This document shows positions 26,513 to 31,002 of a stretch of 31,002 bases of DNA, one piece after another. Numbering within the stretch: position 1 is the first letter of the stretch; every line of letters starts with the position of its first letter. Made by a program: the position numbers and the translations under genes. The notes beneath the pieces are model-generated. The model saw only the letters and a program-made list of their open reading frames with translations, was not told the origin of the DNA and did not search any database. Source of the DNA: Phycisphaeraceae bacterium (GTDB taxonomy: Bacteria > Planctomycetota > Phycisphaerae > Phycisphaerales > Zrk34); contig JBBDRF010000067.1 of NCBI GenBank assembly GCA_040905565.1, forward strand, positions 57,600 through 88,601, written 5' to 3'.

Positions 26513-27532
26513 TTAACGAATCGTTCTTGAGACGGTTTCTTTGTTGACAGGTTGGATGAGGCCGTGTTCGGTGATGATGCCTGTGATGAGCGAGGCGGGG
26601 GTCACATCGAAGGCGGGGTTTTCAACCTGCGTGCCGGGCGGGGCGGTGGCGGTGTCACTGAAGTTGCTGACCTCGCTAGGGTTACGCTGTTCGATCGGGA
26701 TGTCGTCGCCGGTGGGGCATTTGATGTCGAATGTGGACGATGGTGCAGCGACGTAAAACGGGATGTGGTGGTACTTTGCCGCGATCGCCACGCTGTAGGT
26801 GCCGACCTTGTTGGCGACGTCGCCGTTGGCGGCGATGCGGTCGGCACCGGTGATGACGATGTTAATCTTCTTGCCATGCATGAGTTGCGCCGCCATGCTG
26901 TCGCAGATGAGCTTGACATCGACGCCCGCTTCCCCCAGTTCCCAGGCGGTGAGGCGGGCGCCCTGCAGGAGGGGACGCGTTTCGTCGGCGTAAACGGTGA
27001 AGGGGGTCCCGGCGGCGTGGGCGAGGTACATGCCGGCCGTGGCGGTGCCGATGCCAGACGTGGCCAAAGCCCCTGCGTTACAATGGGTTAGGACGCCGGC
27101 GTTCGGCTCGATCAGCTTCATCGCGTGCTGACCGATCGCGCGGCACATGGCGGCGTCCTCGGCGTGAATACGCCGGGCCTCGGCCAGAAGTGCTGTCGTT
27201 TCAGTCGTTTGCAGTGACTTCATCCGGGCGATCGCCCAGAAGAGATTCACCGCCGTCGGCCGACTCGTCGCAAGGTAGTCGGCCCCGCGCGCGAAGTTGC
27301 CGTGCTGGGCAGCGATCACGCAACCGTAGGCAGCAGCAACACCTATGGCGGGTGCGCCGCGGACGCTCAGGCGTTTGATGGCGTCCCAGACGCTTTGCAC
27401 GTCCCGGCAATCGAGGTAGACGAGCTGACCGGGCAGCTTGGTCTGGTCGATCAGGCGGAGGTAGCCGTCGGTTTCGCCGATCCATTCGAGGGTCGGGTGG
27501 GCCTGTTCCGGTTTTTGGGGGACGTCATTCAT
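26513..27532 (-). CDS. mtnA: S-methyl-5-thioribose-1-phosphate isomerase
   Basis: LIDQTKLP, VRGAPAIG, SRPTAVNLFWA, LTHCNAGALAT, DETRPLLQGARLTAWEL, GADRIAANGDVANKVGT, NPAFDVTP. Confidence 0.96.
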   Translation of the reverse strand: MNDVPQKPEQAHPTLEWIGETDGYLRLIDQTKLPGQLVYLDCRDVQSVWDAIKRLSVRGAPAIGVAAAYGCVIAAQHGNFARGADYLATSRPTAVNLFWAIARMKSLQTTETTALLAEARRIHAEDAAMCRAIGQHAMKLIEPNAGVLTHCNAGALATSGIGTATAGMYLAHAAGTPFTVYADETRPLLQGARLTAWELGEAGVDVKLICDSMAAQLMHGKKINIVITGADRIAANGDVANKVGTYSVAIAAKYHHIPFYVAAPSSTFDIKCPTGDDIPIEQRNPSEVSNFSDTATAPPGTQVENPAFDVTPASLITGIITEHGLIQPVNKETVSRTIR

Positions 27533-27538
27533 GAGCGC

Positions 27539-27544
27539 ATGATA
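27539..27544 (-). promoter_or_regulatory. Putative -10 box (TATCAT) of a leaderless mtnA transcript
   Basis: TANNNT lies 6 nt before the ATG at 27532, with no Shine-Dalgarno. Confidence 0.5.
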
Positions 27545-27591
27545 ATGGTTTGCGACGCATCTATGCGCGCGTTACGTGGAGTTTTTGTCGA

Positions 27592-27626
27592 TTATTAGGC
27601 GTTAGACAATGGGTATTTGTCATTTG
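27592..27626 (-). repeat. Heptamer tandem array, 5 units, forming the addA 3' end and stop
   Basis: Minus strand CAAATGA CAAATAC CCATTGT CTAACGC CTAATAA. Confidence 0.7.
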
Positions 27627-30600
27627 CGGTGGGAGAGGTGGTGGGGGTGAGGGTGATGACCTTGGCGGGCGACATCAGCAGCAGTTTGGTGGTGACCTGG
27701 GACCGTGAAATATTGTAAAGACGCGCGGCGGCGTCCCGGTAGGTGTCGAGCTGCGGACGGTAGCGGTTGATGAGCTGATCGAGGGCGGCGGCATCGTCGG
27801 CGTCGACGCGATCGGTCTTGTAATCGAGCACCTCGGCATGTGTGGTTCGGCCGGCGGCGTCGCGGATGAGGACGAGGCGATCGAAGAGGCCGGTGACGAG
27901 CGTGTCGTTCAGGCGGAGGGCGAAGGGGTGTTCGCGCTTGACGACGATGTCGGCCTCGGCGGGGTAGGCGGTGCGGGAGAGGGCGGCGGCGATGGCGGGC
28001 TCGGCGATCATCTTCAGGAAGTTGTCCACGACGCCGTCAGGGTTGCGAAGGTCGAAAGGCGTGAGCGTTGAGCGAAGGGTTGCCCGATCGGGCGGGCCGT
28101 CTTCGTCGTGCCAGTGGACGTGTTCGCAGAGTGCGTGGATGGCGGAGCCAAGGTTCAGCGAGCGGCCGCTGTCGAGGCGGAGGACGCTGGCGAGATCGAC
28201 CGTGCGATCGTCGTGCATCGACGAAGGCGAACGACGCGGCAGGGTGCGGTTGCGATGCTTCGATGAAGCGAGGAGGGAGGCGGGGGAGGGGGAAGGGGAG
28301 ATTGGTGATTGGGTATTTACTATTGGTGATTGGTTATTTGAAGGGGGGGGCGGGGGGGAGCCGGCTTCGTGGTAGAGGGTGTTGGGTTCTGCGGGGGCGT
28401 TGTTTTGCAGGGCCTGGCGGAGGATGGTGGTGAAGGTGAGAGGGGGGCTATCGATCTGGCTGTTGCGGGTTGGGGAGATGACCATGTGCAGGCCATGGCG
28501 GGCGCGGGTCAGGGCGACGTAGAGGGTGCTGAGCGCGTCGCGCATCTGCTGAGCTTCGTGCGAGCGCCAGAGTTCGTCGAACACTTCGGGCAGTGCGTTG
28601 CGGACGGCGGCGGTGGGGCCTGGGAAGACGGTGGTGATGGGGCTGATCGGATGTTCGCGATGCGTCAGCAGCGGCGGCGGGGCACCCTGGCCGAGCGGCT
28701 TGACGTCGAGCTCGGGGAGGATGACAGTGTCGAATTCGAGGCCTTTGGATTGATGGACGGTCATGACGCGAACGGGGGCAGCGGTGACGTCTTCGATGCG
28801 CGTGGTCTGAACGAGGGTGATGAAATCGCGGGTGCGGATGTTGGCGTCGGCTTCGTAAGCGCAGCCGAGTTCGACGAGTTGGAGCAGGCGGGCGAGATCG
28901 CGCTGATCGCAGTGCGGGGCGAGGCGTTGGGTGAGTTGATGAAGCGTCTGGCCGTAGCCTTCGACGAGCAGCTGCTGGCGGATGTCGGCGGCCAGCTGGG
29001 CGGCGGCGCGGTGGCTGTGGTGGTCGGTGAAATCGAGCACTTCGCCCAGCGGCGTCGTCGCAACGTGGAAGCGGGAGATGGTATCGCTGGGGTGGTCAGC
29101 GAGGCGCAGCAGCGAGAGGATGGCGCAGACGGCGGGCGAATCGGTGAGCGGGTTGCCCCCTTCTTCGGAGGCTTCGACGGCGACGTCCGGCAGGCGGAGT
29201 TGGTGGATCATCTGGCGAACGGCTTTGTTGGTGCGGACGAGGACGCCGACTGTTTTTGTGGGGTCGGCTTCGGTGATGTCTTTGATGATCTGGGCGGCCC
29301 GGCGGAAGTTCAGATGATCCTGATCGTGCGCATTGGCAGCAAGGTCGGCGACGTGCACCTGGGCGTGGCCGGGCAGATCGAAGGCCGCCTGGTGGGGCGT
29401 GTAGGCGCGGAGCCAATCGTTGACGACCTGGCGGTGCTCGGCAAGGCAGGGGATATCGGGCAGGGCTTCGCAGATGGTGTTGACGGTTTCGAGGACGACG
29501 GGGGAGGAGCGGAATGATTTGCGGAGGGTGTGGTTATCCAGTGCGAATTGTTTGGCGATGGCGCGGACGAGTTCGGGTTCGCCGCCGCGCCATCCGTAGA
29601 TGGATTGCTTGGGGTCGGCGACGATGAGCGAAGCGCGGGAGCCGTCGCCGTGGGCGAGGACTTCGGCTGCGACGGGTTCGAGGGCGCGCCATTGGGCGAG
29701 GGAGGTGTCCTGGAATTCGTCGAGGAGGATGTGCTGAATGCGGGCGTCGAGGCGGTAGTAGATTTCCTGGTGGGACGGCAGCGACGCGGCGTAGCCTAGC
29801 GAGCGGGTGACATCATCGAAGCGGAACGCGCGACGGCGGACCTGCAGGGCGCGGTAGTGGCGATCGTAATCGGTGAGCAGGCGGTGCAGGGCGGTGCGCT
29901 GATTGACCAGCTGTTCGAGGAGGACGGCCCGGGCGTGATCGATGAGCGTTTGCAGGGCGGCGCGGAGGGTGGGGGGCAGCTCTTTTCCGGAGTACTTGGG
30001 ATCTTGCGGGTCGTTGACGACGGCGGCGACGAGGGTCTCGTCCAGGAGCGTCGACCAGTCTCGGGCGAGGGCGGTGGTGGTGACTTTCTTCAGGGCTTTG
30101 ATGTAGGCCTTGACCGGCGAGCCGGCCTTGGTGAGGGGGAGTTCGACGGAGGCGAGGCCGTTGGTGATGGCGTCTTGCAGGGCAGCATCGTCGAGCTTGC
30201 CGGGCGGGATGGTGATGGGGGTTTGCCAGGCTTCGGGGGAGGTCGCAGCGGTTTCCTGGTAGATCGGATGCAGGGTGCGGAAGAGGGAGAGAAGGGTTTC
30301 GTGGACGGAGCGGTCGGCGGTGCCTCGGTTGACCTGGCGGACGAGTTCGACGAGGGCCTGGGGGTCACGATCTTCCGCTTCGCGCAGCAGTTCGTCGACG
30401 GCTTCGGCGGCGAGTTGGCGTTGTTGGACTTCGGAGGCGATGCGCCAGCCGGGCGGCAGGTTGAGTTCGAGCGAGAAGCAGGTGGCGGTGCGGACGAAGA
30501 AGGCGTCGAGCGTGGAGATGCCCAGGCGATGCAGCTGCTTCATGAGGCGGGCGAGCAGGTCGGCGCAGGTGGCGGCGGTGATGGCGGGGCGGTGGCCGGT

Positions 30601-30834
30601 GGCGGTGTGGATGTGGTCGGCGAGCTGGGTGGCTTCATCATCAGACCGGGCGGCGGTGGCGATGCGGACGAGGACGCGATCGAGAATTTCCGAGGCAGCT
30701 TTGCGGGTGAACGTGGAGGCGAAGACGGACTCGGGCGGCGCGCCGTGGATGAGCATGGCGACGTAGTGCGTGGAGAGGGCGAAGGTCTTGCCGGAGCCTG
30801 CGGAGGCGGAGATGTTGAGTCGGGGAAGCTTCAT
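27595..30834 (-). CDS. addA: AddA/RecB-like UvrD helicase with C-terminal PD-(D/E)XK nuclease
   Basis: ASAGSGKT, TFTRKAA, LDEFQDTS, ADPKQSIYGWRG, SFRSSP, VLVRTN, MTVHQSKGLEF, LYVALTRAR and nuclease motifs GLFDRL, LDYKT, QLDTY. Confidence 0.9.
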   Translation of the reverse strand: MKLPRLNISASAGSGKTFALSTHYVAMLIHGAPPESVFASTFTRKAASEILDRVLVRIATAARSDDEATQLADHIHTATGHRPAITAATCADLLARLMKQLHRLGISTLDAFFVRTATCFSLELNLPPGWRIASEVQQRQLAAEAVDELLREAEDRDPQALVELVRQVNRGTADRSVHETLLSLFRTLHPIYQETAATSPEAWQTPITIPPGKLDDAALQDAITNGLASVELPLTKAGSPVKAYIKALKKVTTTALARDWSTLLDETLVAAVVNDPQDPKYSGKELPPTLRAALQTLIDHARAVLLEQLVNQRTALHRLLTDYDRHYRALQVRRRAFRFDDVTRSLGYAASLPSHQEIYYRLDARIQHILLDEFQDTSLAQWRALEPVAAEVLAHGDGSRASLIVADPKQSIYGWRGGEPELVRAIAKQFALDNHTLRKSFRSSPVVLETVNTICEALPDIPCLAEHRQVVNDWLRAYTPHQAAFDLPGHAQVHVADLAANAHDQDHLNFRRAAQIIKDITEADPTKTVGVLVRTNKAVRQMIHQLRLPDVAVEASEEGGNPLTDSPAVCAILSLLRLADHPSDTISRFHVATTPLGEVLDFTDHHSHRAAAQLAADIRQQLLVEGYGQTLHQLTQRLAPHCDQRDLARLLQLVELGCAYEADANIRTRDFITLVQTTRIEDVTAAPVRVMTVHQSKGLEFDTVILPELDVKPLGQGAPPPLLTHREHPISPITTVFPGPTAAVRNALPEVFDELWRSHEAQQMRDALSTLYVALTRARHGLHMVISPTRNSQIDSPPLTFTTILRQALQNNAPAEPNTLYHEAGSPPPPPSNNQSPIVNTQSPISPSPSPASLLASSKHRNRTLPRRSPSSMHDDRTVDLASVLRLDSGRSLNLGSAIHALCEHVHWHDEDGPPDRATLRSTLTPFDLRNPDGVVDNFLKMIAEPAIAAALSRTAYPAEADIVVKREHPFALRLNDTLVTGLFDRLVLIRDAAGRTTHAEVLDYKTDRVDADDAAALDQLINRYRPQLDTYRDAAARLYNISRSQVTTKLLLMSPAKVITLTPTTSPTANDKYPLSNA
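28299..28340 (-). repeat. In-frame heptamer array, 6 x 7 = 42 bp, inside addA
   Basis: Minus strand CAAATAA CCAATCA CCAATAG TAAATAC CCAATCA CCAATCT, flanked by poly-C tracts. Confidence 0.85.
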
Positions 30835-30874
30835 ATTGGCTACTGGTTATTGGTGATTGACGATTTGCTATTGG
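30833..30874 (-). repeat. Heptamer tandem array, 6 units, running into the addA ATG
   Basis: Minus strand CCAATAG CAAATCG TCAATCA CCAATAA CCAGTAG CCAATAT(G). Confidence 0.8.
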
Positions 30875-30876
30875 GT

Positions 30877-30900
30877 GATAGCCGCGACGCTACGCGTCGC
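30877..30900 (-). repeat. Half copy of the TAGCCGCGA compound repeat
   Basis: The reverse complement is identical (24/24) to 21307-21330, GCGACGCGTAGCGTCGCGGCTATC. Confidence 0.85.
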
Positions 30901-30954
30901 CGGGGGGAGTTCATTGGTTAGTAGGCGGGTGCCCCGGCCAGCGAGCCCAGCGAG

Positions 30955-31002
30955 GGTACAACCCGGGTACATAGTTAACAGATTTTACCGGGTACATGGT
31001 TA
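30955..31002. mobile_element. Probable insertion sequence end (IS481-like), truncated by the window edge
   Basis: GGTACAA followed by two 15-bp direct repeats CCGGGTACAT(A/G)GTTA (30963-30977, 30988-31002; 14/15, period 25). It resembles IS481-type ends from memory; no transposase is visible. Confidence 0.5.

Noticed and set aside
25..30834. ftsK, ruvC, ruvB, tatD and addA as one DNA-processing or defence system
   Set aside because: They are canonical housekeeping orthologues, scattered on both strands among unrelated genes.
30955..31002. Possible CRISPR array start
   Set aside because: A 15-bp repeat with period 25 is too short for repeat plus spacer, and no cas genes are present.

Overview
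GC-rich bacterial chromosome segment. It is most likely a planctomycete (Phycisphaerae-like), inferred from the PEP-CTERM protein, DUF3500, LRR lipoprotein, Tat-exported Gfo/Idh/MocA enzyme and repeat styles; the window has no rRNA marker to confirm this. It holds 26 plausible CDS, mostly housekeeping (ftsK, 2-oxoacid:ferredoxin oxidoreductase alpha/beta, sodC, ruvC, hflX, S41 protease, tsaD, lysA, ruvB, tatD, mtnA, addA-like helicase-nuclease) plus some exported or hypothetical proteins. No CRISPR array, RNA gene, prophage or recognisable defence island was seen. The unusual signal is mostly non-coding. (i) Degenerate 7-bp CCAATNN tandem arrays recur at seven sites plus one remnant; they supply start or stop codons and sit in-frame inside addA. 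(ii) There are at least five families of palindromic REP/MITE-like repeats, one with a compensatory base change. (iii) The C/G strand skew flips at about 26.4 kb, at a long inverted-repeat element. (iv) A + strand terminator with no upstream + gene suggests a small RNA or leader. (v) ruvC, ruvB and mtnA have leaderless-type promoters. (vi) A probable IS end lies at the right edge. At protein level, the Cu/Zn-SOD lacks both disulfide cysteines and FtsK carries a ~100-residue acidic tail. All calls come from reading the sequence; no searches were run.
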